Origin: Candidatus Latescibacterota bacterium
GTDB lineage: Bacteria; Latescibacterota; UBA2968; UBA8231
NCBI GenBank assembly: GCA_965203175.1
Contig: OZ241867.1
Location: 3,392,001-3,456,000, forward strand
DNA length: 64,000 bases
Direction of reading: 5' to 3'
Each line of letters opens with the position of its first letter. Within the stretch, counting starts at the first letter, position 1. The notes under the pieces were generated by a model. That model was given only the letters and a program-made list of their open reading frames with translations, made no database searches and was not told where the DNA came from. The translations under genes and the position numbers were made by a program. This document shows, in pieces, positions 27,318 to 38,100 of this stretch.

Positions 27318-27803
27318 TCAATTGCTACTCAACAGGAGGCCCGCTATAAGAGTGGGGTGCGCTATCACCAACAGTACCATGGTCAACCCGATTCCAAAAC
27401 GGTGATGGCCAAACAACTCGAAGCGTTGAAACCAACGAGACGGTCGTGTATCGTCTGCGCCTCGCCAAAAGTGGGATAGATCCGCCAAGACTAAGGCGAG
27501 AAGACAAAAGGCAGCCAGCAGTATGAATATTAGGTGAACGGAACTGAGAAAGGAAAATAGCTGAGCTAAGCTGATCGACGAGTCTGGGGCTGTGAACGCT
27601 GTGCTAGACTCGGTCAGGAGTCCTATCAGAAACGGATTAGCATACTGCCCCAAGGAATACAGATAGAAGAAGATTACAAGCCAAAATGGGCTGCAAATTC
27701 CATTTGATCGTCGAAGAGTCTGAGCGATCACTGTCAAAGCGACTAGAAAAGTAATTTGCAGGGCCATAGCGATAATCCACAACGATAGGGTGATATTCTC
27801 CAT
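27318..27803 (-). CDS. Multi-pass membrane protein
   Basis: AGGAGA RBS; about four hydrophobic segments. Confidence 0.7.
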   Translation of the reverse strand: MENITLSLWIIAMALQITFLVALTVIAQTLRRSNGICSPFWLVIFFYLYSLGQYANPFLIGLLTESSTAFTAPDSSISLAQLFSFLSSVHLIFILLAAFCLLALVLADLSHFWRGADDTRPSRWFQRFELFGHHRFGIGLTMVLLVIAHPTLIAGLLLSSN

Positions 27804-27880
27804 CTTGGTATCTCCTATTGGCTATAGCTGGTTTCCAAACTCCCATAGGGATTCGGGTTGAATTTTTGAGCGGCCGCGGG

Positions 27881-28042
27881 CTATTTTTCGACCATCGAAA
27901 GGAGTATATCCAATGAGTACTTGGACAGGTACCGAATCCAAGCGAGGGCGGTGCAGATCACGCCAATGAACACCGAGCAGCCGACGATTAGGTAGAGCCG
28001 CGATTTCTTCTTCTTCCCCTTTATCCGTTTCTGGCGCATCAT
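27881..28042 (-). CDS. 53-aa single-TM peptide with basic N-terminus
   Basis: MMRQKRIKGKKKKSRLYLIVGCSVFIGVICTALAWIRYL... Confidence 0.5.
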   Translation of the reverse strand: MMRQKRIKGKKKKSRLYLIVGCSVFIGVICTALAWIRYLSKYSLDILLSMVEK

Positions 28043-28238
28043 CTCAAACTACTTATCGAACATCCATCTCCGATCTAGTTAAAGCGGCGGCTCCCGCGTG
28101 GGGTGCCAGGAGCCGCCGCGAAGCACTCCTTCATGGTTTCCCTGCGACCGTATCGTAGTTGGGCGAGCGGCCTACCAAAGCCCAAAGGGCCGCTCGCCCA
28201 GGCCGCAGGCGGTGGGATGCTAGCGCGCCTACCTGCGG

Positions 28239-28499
28239 TCATTGCCGTCTCTGGTTTTTATCCACCCTTGCGCGAGACGGCAATTTCAGTGGCGACGGCC
28301 CTGCGACTCTGGAAAAGGGCCGTCGCCCGTCCGCAGGGTTTCCCCACGACGCCCTCCCATCGTTAGGGTCCTGCGGATTTTGTCGAAGGATGCTTTGAAA
28401 AAACGCCCGGATCTGCCGCTTCAGACGCTGGCGCTGTTGCCGCTTTTCATACTCTTGGCGCACACGCCGTGCGACGCTGACGTAATCAAAATCAGTCAT
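28239..28499 (-). CDS. Hypothetical protein
   Basis: GGAGG RBS, overlaps upstream stop. Confidence 0.45.
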   Translation of the reverse strand: MTDFDYVSVARRVRQEYEKRQQRQRLKRQIRAFFQSILRQNPQDPNDGRASWGNPADGRRPFSRVAGPSPLKLPSRARVDKNQRRQ

Positions 28500-28881
28500 T
28501 CGGACCTCCCGGTCGTGTAGGGGGCTTGCCCTCCATTTTCTCTAGTATCTCCAGTATCTTGCGCTGGCCGGTCAGCATCTTGTCGAAGCGGCCTTCGAGG
28601 CCGTCCTGCTTGGACTCGATGCGTGTCAGCCGGTTGCCATGGTCCTCCTCGATGTGATCCAGCTTGCTCTTTATCCTGGCAAAGAAGCCGCTTTGCTGCT
28701 CCAGCCTGTCCTCTATTAATCCCATCCGACTGTCCAGGCCGTCCATCTTCGCGTCCATTTCTCGCTGCACCTGCTCGATGTGGCCGAGGCGCTGGTGGAT
28801 CTCGTTGATAGGCCGCTCGATGCGCGTTTGGATCATCTGGCGCATCTCAGCCTTGAAGGCGTCAAACTGCTGTTGGTTCAT
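28492..28881 (-). CDS. Coiled-coil protein
   Basis: Heptad repeats (RLGHIE, RMGLIE, KLDHIE, RLTRIE); start overlaps the upstream stop. Confidence 0.7.
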   Translation of the reverse strand: MNQQQFDAFKAEMRQMIQTRIERPINEIHQRLGHIEQVQREMDAKMDGLDSRMGLIEDRLEQQSGFFARIKSKLDHIEEDHGNRLTRIESKQDGLEGRFDKMLTGQRKILEILEKMEGKPPTRPGGPND

Positions 28882-29069
28882 CTTCTTTCTCCCTGCTCGA
28901 TGTTTGAAAGCGCCCAGGCCAGTGAGAGAATCCATCCCAATACCGTCCATCCTAGCAAAAGGTTGATGATGAAGATGGGAGCACCGTTGGGATGGTTTCG
29001 ATTGTAGGCGATGACCGTTGGCAAAAGGTAGAGGGCCAAACCAAGCAAGATCGGTATTATCCCTTCCAC
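28878..29069 (-). CDS. Superinfection immunity protein (T4 Imm-like)
   Basis: LYLLPTVIA..R.H.N...IFIINLLLGWTVLGWI.SL.WA signature. Confidence 0.85.
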   Translation of the reverse strand: MEGIIPILLGLALYLLPTVIAYNRNHPNGAPIFIINLLLGWTVLGWILSLAWALSNIEQGERR

Positions 29070-29299
29070 GTCTTGTACTTCTAAGGCCGGTTCGGCTTGG
29101 GGTAGGCTGCATCAACCATATCCAGAAACCAGTCCAGATCGTGCAGGGTGTCGGTTACGCCCGCGGCCCTCGTCGGTTCTGGTAGACATCTTCCACCTGC
29201 ATCCCGGCTAGCCCGTCAGAAACAGCGTACCGGTGTCCCAGGATAGCCCTCAAGGATTTTATGCCTGGGATCTCCGCAGATTCACGTCCATCATTCATT

Positions 29300-29704
29300 T
29301 CAGTTCTGCTCTGATTCTTCCCATCCCACTATTTCTCGACACCTTGAAAGACAGCGAACCCAACTGGATCGTTTTTTTTCAACATTCTCCCTAACGGCTA
29401 ATATCAGTTCCTCTCTGCTGGCATCTTCTCCTGCTACATACGCTGGATTCCAATGCCCTTTAAACCGCACCTTACATGCTCGGCAGCTAAGGGCCACATT
29501 CTCAAGCGTGTGATCGCCGCCAGCCGATTCAGGAACGATATGGTCGAGTTGCCATGACAGGTAATTATCGACCGAAGCCAACATATCTTTATCGCAATAC
29601 TCGCATTTATATCCGGCTCTCTCACCCGCTTCGGCGGTCCATACGCCTGCTAGTCCTTCGCCTTGCGAATCTTTCTGATGGCGTATCCTATCAAGACACC
29701 TCAA
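29300..29704 (-). CDS. HNH endonuclease
   Basis: CEYC...LDHIVPESAGGDHTLENVALSCRAC; start uncertain. Confidence 0.85.
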   Translation of the reverse strand: MRCLDRIRHQKDSQGEGLAGVWTAEAGERAGYKCEYCDKDMLASVDNYLSWQLDHIVPESAGGDHTLENVALSCRACKVRFKGHWNPAYVAGEDASREELILAVRENVEKKRSSWVRCLSRCREIVGWEESEQN

Positions 29705-30118
29705 TTCAGCCGTTTCTTGATCGTAGCCGCGTCCTTCTGAAGGATTTTTGGGTGCTCAGGCATGTGGTTTCCCCGTCACCCGATGGGTCGATGATGCACC
29801 TTGCTCCCGGCACTTCGTACCAACTCTGCGTCTCCTCTTTAGCTCCTCATAATTTTTGGTTTTCATTGACACTTTACCTCTTTGGTCACTCAGGGATGTA
29901 ATTCCCCATAAAATCCCATAATCTTCCAAAGCTAAGGCTTATGTATAATTTTCAGGTAATTTGCCAGCCTGTTTCTGTAATTTTATTATAATTTTTTGCC
30001 TAAAATGGTATGATTGGCCCCGTCAGGGCCTACCTCGCCTTGAATCCCGTTGCATCATTAGGCGACGCCCGACGAGCCTACAATCACGGGTATCCCGCAT
30101 CCTGATGGAGGTGATCCG

Positions 30119-32518
30119 TTGAAAAACACCGACGAACGTGACCAACAGATAGAGGCACTGCGCAACCGCCTCTCCAGACTGAGCGAGGCCAGCCTCCGCA
30201 TCAACGAGAGCCTCGACTTCGACACGGTATTGCAGGAGATTTTGGATAGTGCCCGATCGCTGACCGACGCTCGGTACGGCGTGATCGTTACCCTGGATGA
30301 TAAAGGGCAGGTGGAGGACTTTCTGGCCTCCGGCCTGACGGACGAGGAGACCCAACAGGTATTGGCGATGCCCGAGGGGCTGAAGATCTTCGAATACCTA
30401 ACCACCATTCCAGGACCGCTGAGAGGCCCGGACTTTGTCAGCTACATTAGATCGCAGGATCTGCCCGAGTTCCGTCTACCCACTCAGACAAGCGCCTACT
30501 TGGGGGTTCCGATTCGCCACCGGGGCGAGAATGTGGGCAACATTTACCTCGCCAAGAGCGAACCGGGACAGGAGTTCACTCGCGAAGACGAGGAGACCTT
30601 GGTCATGTTCGCGTCGCAGGCGGCGCTGGTCATCGCCAACGCCCGCAAGTACCGCGACGAGCAGCGGGCCCGAGCCGACCTGGAAACGCTGATCAACACC
30701 TCGCCGGTGGGCGTGGTGGTCTTCGACGCCCGAACCGGCGTGTTGGTGTCCATCAACCGGGAGGCCAGAAGGATTATGGGGGGCCTACAGACGCCGGGAT
30801 GCCCCGTGGAGCAAGTCCTCGACGTGCTCACTGTCCGGCGTGCGGATGGGCGCGAGATTTCTCTGGCCGAGTTCCCCCTTGCGCAGGCGTTGAGTACCGG
30901 CGAGACCGTCCGCGCCGAGGAGATCGTCCTCCAGAGCCCCGACGGCCGGTCGGTGACCACGTTGGTAAACGCCACACCCATCCGTTCGGAGGACGGCGAG
31001 GTGGAGTCGGTCGTGGTCACGCTACAGGACATGACACCGCTGGAGGAGTTGGAGCGGTTGCGGGCTGAGCTCCTGGGTACGGTGAGCCACGAATTGCGCG
31101 TTCCGCTGACCTCCATTAGAGGCTCCGCAACAACCCTGCTGAACCCCTCCTCCGACTTGGACCCCGCCGAACTGCGCCAGTTTTACCAGATTATCGCCGA
31201 TCAGGCCGACCACATGGGCGAGCTGATTGGTGACCTGCTGGACGTAGCACGCATCGAGACGGGCACGCTGCCGGTGAGTCCTGAACCCGTGGAGATCGCC
31301 CGCTTGGTGGACCGGGCCAGGAACACCTTCCTAAGCGGCGGCGGCAGGAACCCCCTCGACTTCGACCTCGCGCTGGATCTGCCCCCGGTCATGGCAGACC
31401 GACCGCGCATCGTCCAGGTCCTGTCCAACCTCTTGTCCAACGCGGCAAGGCACTCGCGGGAGTCGTCGGTCATCCGGGTGACCGCGGTGCGGGAAGATTT
31501 CCACGTGGCGGTCACCGTCGCCGACGAGGGCACCGGGATCTCCGCCGAGCGGTTGCCGCACCTGTTCAGGAAATTTTCCCGGATCCACCGCGAGGCCGGG
31601 GAACGCGAAATCAGCGGTTCGGGTCTGGGCCTTGCCATCTGTAAGGGGATCGTAGAGACGCACGGGGGCCGCATCTGGGCGGAGAGCGACGGGCTGGGCC
31701 AAGGCGCGCGGTTTACCTTCACCATACCGGCAGTCGAAGAGGCCGGGAGCCGAGCAACAACCCCGTCCCCTCGGCGTACCACCCACTCGCGGCAGGAGAC
31801 GAGCGAGGAGGTCCGCATTTTGGTGGTGGACGACGATCCGCAAGCACTGCGGTACATCCGGGACGCACTCTCGGAGGCGGGCTTCACGCCGATAGTGACC
31901 GCTGACCCCAAAGAGGCACTCCTCCTCATGGAGGAGCAAAAGCCTCACTTGGTCTTGCTCGACCTGGTGCTGCCCGACGCCGACGGCATTGACCTGATGA
32001 AGTCCATCCTCGGTATGGTCAACGTGCCGGTTATCTTCGTCTCCGGGTACGGCAAGGATCAGGTCATCGCCCAGGCCTTCGAGCAGGGCGCTGCCGACTA
32101 CATTGTCAAGCCCTTCTCGCCCACGGAGTTGGTAGCAAGGGTTAGGGCCGCCCGGAGCAGACAGGCCGATCCGTACCGGGTCGAGTCGTTGGAACCCTAC
32201 ATGCTGGGCGACCTGACTATCGACTACGCCGAACGCCGCGTGACGGTGGCCGACCAGCCGGTGGAGCTAACCGCCACCGAATACGCACTGCTCTTCGAGC
32301 TTTCGGTCAACGGAGGACGGGTGTTGACCTATGACCAGTTGTTGCGACGGGTGTGGGGCCGGACCAACTCGGGCGATGTGCGGGTGATCCGCCCCATCGT
32401 CAGGAATCTCCGCCTCAAGCTGGACGACGACGCGGACAGCCCCACCTATATCTTTACCGACACTCGCGTCGGCTATCGGATGCCGAAAGGACAGGCACCG
32501 GGAGAGGAGACACAGTGA
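30119..32518 (+). CDS. Hybrid sensor: GAF-PAS-HisKA-HATPase-REC-winged-helix DNA-binding domain
   Basis: VSHELRVPLTSI, NLLSNAA, DEGTGI, GSGLGL, LVVDDD, DYIVKPFS, OmpR-type LTATEY..L...NLRLKL...VGYR. Confidence 0.92.
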   Translation: MKNTDERDQQIEALRNRLSRLSEASLRINESLDFDTVLQEILDSARSLTDARYGVIVTLDDKGQVEDFLASGLTDEETQQVLAMPEGLKIFEYLTTIPGPLRGPDFVSYIRSQDLPEFRLPTQTSAYLGVPIRHRGENVGNIYLAKSEPGQEFTREDEETLVMFASQAALVIANARKYRDEQRARADLETLINTSPVGVVVFDARTGVLVSINREARRIMGGLQTPGCPVEQVLDVLTVRRADGREISLAEFPLAQALSTGETVRAEEIVLQSPDGRSVTTLVNATPIRSEDGEVESVVVTLQDMTPLEELERLRAELLGTVSHELRVPLTSIRGSATTLLNPSSDLDPAELRQFYQIIADQADHMGELIGDLLDVARIETGTLPVSPEPVEIARLVDRARNTFLSGGGRNPLDFDLALDLPPVMADRPRIVQVLSNLLSNAARHSRESSVIRVTAVREDFHVAVTVADEGTGISAERLPHLFRKFSRIHREAGEREISGSGLGLAICKGIVETHGGRIWAESDGLGQGARFTFTIPAVEEAGSRATTPSPRRTTHSRQETSEEVRILVVDDDPQALRYIRDALSEAGFTPIVTADPKEALLLMEEQKPHLVLLDLVLPDADGIDLMKSILGMVNVPVIFVSGYGKDQVIAQAFEQGAADYIVKPFSPTELVARVRAARSRQADPYRVESLEPYMLGDLTIDYAERRVTVADQPVELTATEYALLFELSVNGGRVLTYDQLLRRVWGRTNSGDVRVIRPIVRNLRLKLDDDADSPTYIFTDTRVGYRMPKGQAPGEETQ

Positions 32519-32564
32519 CCGTGGCGACCTTTGGGGTACGCGAGCCGTTGACGGAGCGGTTGGG

Positions 32565-32846
32565 AGGGCTGGTCGCCTGCGACGCGAACAGGACCAAGGT
32601 CTCCCGTCTTCGCGGGTGAACTCCTGTCCGGGTTCGCTCTTGGCGAGATAAATATGGCCCACATCCTCGCCTTGGTAGTGAATCGGGGTCCCTAGCAGGA
32701 ACTCATTTCAGTAGGAGGGCGGAACTGGGAACCCCAACATTCTGGTGTAGCTGGCAAAATCCTGGACGCTCCGCGGTCCCGGAATGGTGCAAAACTTCAG
32801 CCCTTTGGTCGTCTCCCATACCTGTTGGGTCTCATCGGGGAGGCCA
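32565..32846 (-). pseudogene. Degraded inverted copy of the GAF region of the adjacent kinase
   Basis: Shares gagacccaacaggtat, ctcgccaagagcgaacc.ggacaggagttcac and gagaccttggtc.tgttcgcgtcgcaggcg with ~30330-30630; frameshifts and stops. Confidence 0.85.
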
Positions 32847-32866
32847 AAAGGTCCTTGTCCTGGTCG

Positions 32867-34069
32867 TCACAGGCGGCTATCACGCCGTACCGGGCATCGT
32901 GCGGTCTCCAAAGAAAGAGTAGCAAGAGCTTCCCCAACTAGATATGCTGCACTCTCAATATCCTCGAAAGAGGTGAATCGGCCAAAACTAAAGCGGATGG
33001 AAGCGTCGCTTTTCGCTGTGGTCAGACCAAGTGCGCGAAGTACGTGTGATGGCTCGGGAATGCCTGACGCACACGCAGCGCCGGTAGACGCGGCAAGTCT
33101 CGGCTGAAGAACGCCAAGGATGTCCTCCGCTTGGAAGCCCTCAAAGCAGATATTGGCATTGCCCGGATGGCGCCGCTCTCCGACTATTCCATTTATATTA
33201 ATCGGGAAATCCCCGCCTTGTAGCAGGCGAACGAATGTATCGCGTTGGCTAGCGATCCGCTTGCGCTCCTCTTCCGCTTCGTCGCCGATAACGATCTCGG
33301 CTGCCGCTGCCATGCCGACGCAAAGTGGCATCGGAACGGTACCGGAACGCAGACCTTCTTGCTGCCCGCCACCATAAATCAAGGGCTCAAGCGATTCTTT
33401 GAGATCGCGGCGGAGGTACAACGCGCCAATGCCCTGGGGACCATACATCTTGTGGCCCGAAAGGCTTATCAGATCGGCATGTGTGGCAAGATCACTCACG
33501 TCCATGGCACAGGGCGCTTGCGCTGCATCACAATGAAATAGTATGCCGTGGGGCGCGAGCAGTTTAGCAATCCGCGGAATGTCCTGAATGGTTCCAACTT
33601 CGTTGTTCACTACCATTACAGAAAGCAGGAGAATACTCTCGTCTAAGCGTTCCTCCAACGCATCGAAATCGACTGCTCCATCCCTGTCCACTGGAATGAC
33701 CTCGACGGTGAATCCCTCACGCTCAGATAGTGCTCGTGCGGCACCCAAGACGCACTTGTGCTCGATTGCGCTGACGAGGATGCGCCGACGGCCCCTTAGC
33801 GTACGCCGAGCAAGACCAAACAACGCGAGGTTGTTGGCTTCTGTGGCCCCGGAGGTGAAGATCACTTCATCAGAGTCGGCTCCTATCAACGCCGCTATGG
33901 ACGAGGCTGCCTCCTGAACGGCTGTGTTGGCTCGCCACCCGACGACATGATCGCTTGAGTGGGGATTGCCGAACGACTCGCTCCAATAGGGAGCCATCTT
34001 TGCCAAAACCTGTGGATCAACCGGCGTGGTCGCCTGATAATCCGCGTAGATGGTCTTTTGATTGTCCAT
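32867..34069 (-). CDS. sspA: Cysteine desulfurase (SspA/DndA/IscS-like sulfur donor)
   Basis: DYQATTP, FGNPHS, FTSGATEANN, NNEVG, SGHKMYGP, RSGT, STGAAC; divergent from sspBCD. Confidence 0.88.
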   Translation of the reverse strand: MDNQKTIYADYQATTPVDPQVLAKMAPYWSESFGNPHSSDHVVGWRANTAVQEAASSIAALIGADSDEVIFTSGATEANNLALFGLARRTLRGRRRILVSAIEHKCVLGAARALSEREGFTVEVIPVDRDGAVDFDALEERLDESILLLSVMVVNNEVGTIQDIPRIAKLLAPHGILFHCDAAQAPCAMDVSDLATHADLISLSGHKMYGPQGIGALYLRRDLKESLEPLIYGGGQQEGLRSGTVPMPLCVGMAAAAEIVIGDEAEEERKRIASQRDTFVRLLQGGDFPININGIVGERRHPGNANICFEGFQAEDILGVLQPRLAASTGAACASGIPEPSHVLRALGLTTAKSDASIRFSFGRFTSFEDIESAAYLVGEALATLSLETARCPVRRDSRL

Positions 34070-34094
34070 TTTTAGCTCCAAGGGCCTGCCGTCA

Positions 34095-34128
34095 GTTGAC
34101 AGTATCGTAGGGTATAGATATTGTCAAC
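34095..34128. promoter_or_regulatory. Symmetric overlapping divergent sigma70 promoters
   Basis: Plus TTGACA-17-TATTGT; minus TTGACA-17-TACTGT; 12-bp inverted repeat. Confidence 0.75.
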
Positions 34129-34196
34129 CTAGTAGTCCAAAAGTCCATTTGGGTTGCTTGCTTGGTCGCAGCAGACCATCCCGGCGCAGAGAGGCG

Positions 34197-35132
34197 ATGC
34201 TACGAGGACCCCTCCACCGAGACGATTATCAACCACAGCTATCCGGGCACGAGACATTTCCGCTCCGGTATGGCTGGCTCAAGAAAGCCTTCGATGCCGT
34301 CAGGGAAACCGAGGACGACGATAATACCAGGTCGGTCTTCTTGGCGGACGACGCCATCTCACGGTTCGGGGTCGGCAAGAACATGGTGGCCTCTATCCGG
34401 CATTGGGCAACGGCGGCGGGTGTCATCAAGGACGAATCGCGCCACACCGTAACCACAGTACTTGGCCAGCGTTTATTTGGCTCGGGTGGTCTCGATCCGT
34501 ACATGGAAAACCCGGCTACTGCGTGGCTTGTTCATTGGCAGCTTTGCGGCCAGCCAAACAAGACTACGTGGTTTTGGGCATTCAACTACTTCCCCGCGCC
34601 ATCCTTTGAGCGCGACATGCTTGTCAAGAGCTTGGAGAAGCTGGCAAAGGATCGTGAATGGCGACGCGCATCCACCGCTACCATCAGGAATGATGTTACG
34701 TGTTTCGTGCGCACCTATGTGTCGCAGCTACCTTCGGGCAAGGCAAGCCACGAGGATAGCTTGGAGTCCCCACTTACAGAGCTCGGGTTGATCAGACCCA
34801 TTGGCAAGCGGCACGAATTTCGGTTCGTTCGAGGGCGCAAGCCTTCGCTCGGGCCGGGCGTGTTTTGCTATGCCGTTACCCAATTCTGGTCTGGCTATTC
34901 CTCTGCCCGAACCCTCTCCTTTGAGGCGCTCGCCCATGAGCCTGGATCGCCGGGCCGGGTCTTTCTGCTGGACGAGAACGACTTGATGGACCGTCTTTCT
35001 GCCCTTGAAGGGGTGAGCAATGGCCTCTATAGGTGGTCAGAAACGACGGGGCTAAAGCAGCTTATCCGTAACCGCGAATTGGATGATGGGGAGGCGATCA
35101 ACTTCATTGAGGGCGACTACGTTGGTTCGTGA
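34197..35132 (+). CDS. sspB: DUF4007 protein SspB
   Basis: SGHETFPLRYGWLKK, FGVGKNMVASIRHW, DPYME...WLVHW, SPLTELGLI. Confidence 0.88.
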   Translation: MLRGPLHRDDYQPQLSGHETFPLRYGWLKKAFDAVRETEDDDNTRSVFLADDAISRFGVGKNMVASIRHWATAAGVIKDESRHTVTTVLGQRLFGSGGLDPYMENPATAWLVHWQLCGQPNKTTWFWAFNYFPAPSFERDMLVKSLEKLAKDREWRRASTATIRNDVTCFVRTYVSQLPSGKASHEDSLESPLTELGLIRPIGKRHEFRFVRGRKPSLGPGVFCYAVTQFWSGYSSARTLSFEALAHEPGSPGRVFLLDENDLMDRLSALEGVSNGLYRWSETTGLKQLIRNRELDDGEAINFIEGDYVGS

Positions 35133-35150
35133 CAGAAAGGACATCGCTTA

Positions 35151-38100
35151 ATGGCGCTTGCCGACCGGATTCGGATTGCTCGACGTTTCCAGCGTGCGAT
35201 CCGCATCGACAGTGACCTTGGCGATCCAACGGCATTGGATGGATTCATCTGTCCGCGATCCTCCGCTGAGGTCCTTGAGACCATGGCACGGCATGTAGTC
35301 GAGAGCGGCCAAGGCGCATTCACTTGGACGGGGCCTTACGGTAGCGGGAAGTCGAGCTTGGTCGTCGCCTTGAGTGCGGCGCTCAACGGAGACAGGAAGC
35401 TCTCGCGCCATGCGAAATCTGTACTGGGCCAGGAAACAGCATCGCTTATCTGGGAAGCATTACCGTCCCGAACGAGAGGCTGGCGCATCCTACCTGTGGT
35501 CGGCCGGCGGGATCGGCCGGCACAGGTGATTGGCGAAGCCATCACGGCGACGGATTTCCTAACTGGCCGAAAGCCAAGGTCTTGGACTGATAAGCATGTC
35601 CTCGATGCTCTCGATAAGATAGCGTCGCTTAACCCACGTGCTGGCGGTGGTTTGGTGGTGTTCATTGATGAGATGGGGAAATTCCTGGAGGCTGCGGCGA
35701 ACGACGGATCGGACATTTATCTGTTTCAAGAACTCGCGGAGCGGGCTTCGCGCAGCGACAAACGCCTTATCATTGTCGGTATCCTCCATCAAGCTTTCGA
35801 GGAGTACGCCCATCGTCTGTCGCGTGAGATGCGCGACGAATGGTCGAAGATCCAAGGGCGTTTCGTGGACCTTGTCGTCAACGCCAGCGGAGATGAGCAA
35901 ATCGACCTGCTCGGCCGCGCAATCGAAAGCGACCATCCGGAGAAAGCGGGTCCTTTAGCCAAAGGCGTGGCTCAGCGAACGCAGCGGCAGGCATCCCCTT
36001 ACTTTGCGGAGATGCTGGAAGATTGCTGGCCACTTCATCCGATAGTCGCCTGTTTGCTTGGCCCCATCTCACGCCGACGCTTCGGCCAGAACCAGCGGAG
36101 TATCTTCGGCTTCCTCAACTCGGCAGAACCGCAGGGGTTCCAGGATTTTCTCCGTTCCGCCGGCGATAATGATATCTATGGCCCCGACCGGCTCTGGGAC
36201 TATCTGCGGCTCAACTTGGAACCGTCTATCTTGGCTTCTCCCGACGGGCACCGCTGGGCACTGGCGATGGATGCCCTGGAGCGGTGTGAGGCTATGGGCG
36301 GGGGGGACTTGCATATCCGGCTGCTGAAGGTGATAGCGGCGGTTGATATGTTCAAGGACCGCTCCGGCCTTGGGGCAAGTCGAGATCTGTTGAGCCTTGC
36401 ATTGCCTGGCCACAAGAAAAAGATCGGGGCTGCGTTGAATGATCTGCAACGCTGGTCATTTGTCATATACCGCAAGTTTACCGATGCGTACTCGATTTTT
36501 GAAGGCAGCGACTTCAACATCGATCACGCTGTAGAGCAGGCATTAGAGAGTATAGGTGAAGTGGACTTCGCTTCGCTCAATGCACTGGCTGGACTCCAGC
36601 CTATTGTGGCGAAGCGCCATTATCACGAGACGGGCGCTCTACGCTGGTTCGACATAGGTGTCATCCCCGTGGTGGAGGTCGAAGCCGCCGCCGCCGATTA
36701 TGAGCCGCGCTATGGAGCCATCGGGAGCTTCTTCCTTGCAATTCCGACCCAAGGCGAATCGGAAGAGACGGCAGGGGAGATATGCCGTCGTGTCGTACAG
36801 AAGAGTAGGGCTTGGGATATTGTTATTGGTCTGTCTCAACACGCTTGGGGTATTCCGGCTCAGGCACGTGAACTAGTGGCCTTAGAGCGAGTGCGCGACG
36901 AGACACCGGAGTTGCAGGGCGATAGGGTTGCCCGGATTGAGGTACAAGCTCGTATCGCTGTTTTTCAAGGTGAGCTTGAAAGTGAGCTTGCTCGTGCTTT
37001 CAACAGCGCGTCCTGGTACCGCAGGCGTCGTAAGGCTAAAACGCTCCCCCATGCCGAACTCAACAGTCTGGCCTCCGATCTCGCCGATGTGAAGTTCCAC
37101 GATGCGCCGAGACTCAACAATGAGCTTCTGGGACGTGTCAAGCCGTCGAGCAGCGCGGTCGCCGCTCAGAATGCTCTTCTACGACGGATGGTGAACAACG
37201 AAGGCGAAGCTCGGCTCGGCATCGAGGAATTTCCCGCCGAAGGAGGCCTATGCGCCTCACTGCTGGAGGCGACCGGGTTGTACCGCGAAACAGCGGAGGG
37301 ATGGCGTTTTGTTGTCCCCACGCCGGATGCCGATGATCCTGGCAAGCTGGCCCCCACTTGGCGAGCAGCCACGGAGTTGCTGGAAAACAACGCCCATCGC
37401 ACGGTGACGATTGCTGAGATCTACGATGTCTGGCGTCAAGTACCGCTCGGCATCAAGGATGGCCTACTCCCCGTGTTGGCAGTAGCATTCTTCCTATCGC
37501 AACGCGGGACGCTAGCCTTCTATCGCCAGGGGATTTTCCAAGCGCGGGTGTCGGAGTTGGACATCGACTACCTTGCCAGAGATCCGGCGGACGTTCAGTT
37601 GCGATGGATGGATCTCTCCGACATGTCTCGCCGGCTCTTGTCCGAAATGGCCAACATCGTGCGCGACCTAGACGAGGGGAACGCACTCTGCCACCTTGAG
37701 CCAATAGATGTGGCGAGGGGCCTAGTGGCGATTCATGATCGCTTGCCTCCTTGGGTCGGTCGTACGCAACGTCTCTCGCGCAATGCAAAGCAAATCCGGC
37801 AACTGTTCAAGCAGGCCAATGATCCGAACAAACTGATCTTCAACGACATACCCAAATTGCTGAACGATATTCAAGGTGTTGACGATAGGGAAGATATCCA
37901 GCAGATTGCAGGCCGCGTTCGCGAGGGTTTGACAGAACTGCATCAAGCCTATCCCACGATGCTCAACCGCATGAGGGAGACCCTGCTCGCGGAGTTGCAA
38001 GTGCCGAATGCTTCGCCGTCGATGCTGGCCGAATTGCGCGCTCGCGCCGACAACATCCGTGAGCTTGGAGGCGATCATCGCTTGGAGGCTTTCATCGTTC

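Noticed and set aside
26675-29069. Inovirus prophage
   Set aside because: Small TM peptides are present but no Zot/pI ATPase or rolling-circle Rep
20312-29704. Integron cassette array (many co-oriented genes)
   Set aside because: No recurring attC-type RYYYAAC...GTTRRRY structure found by eye and no integron integrase
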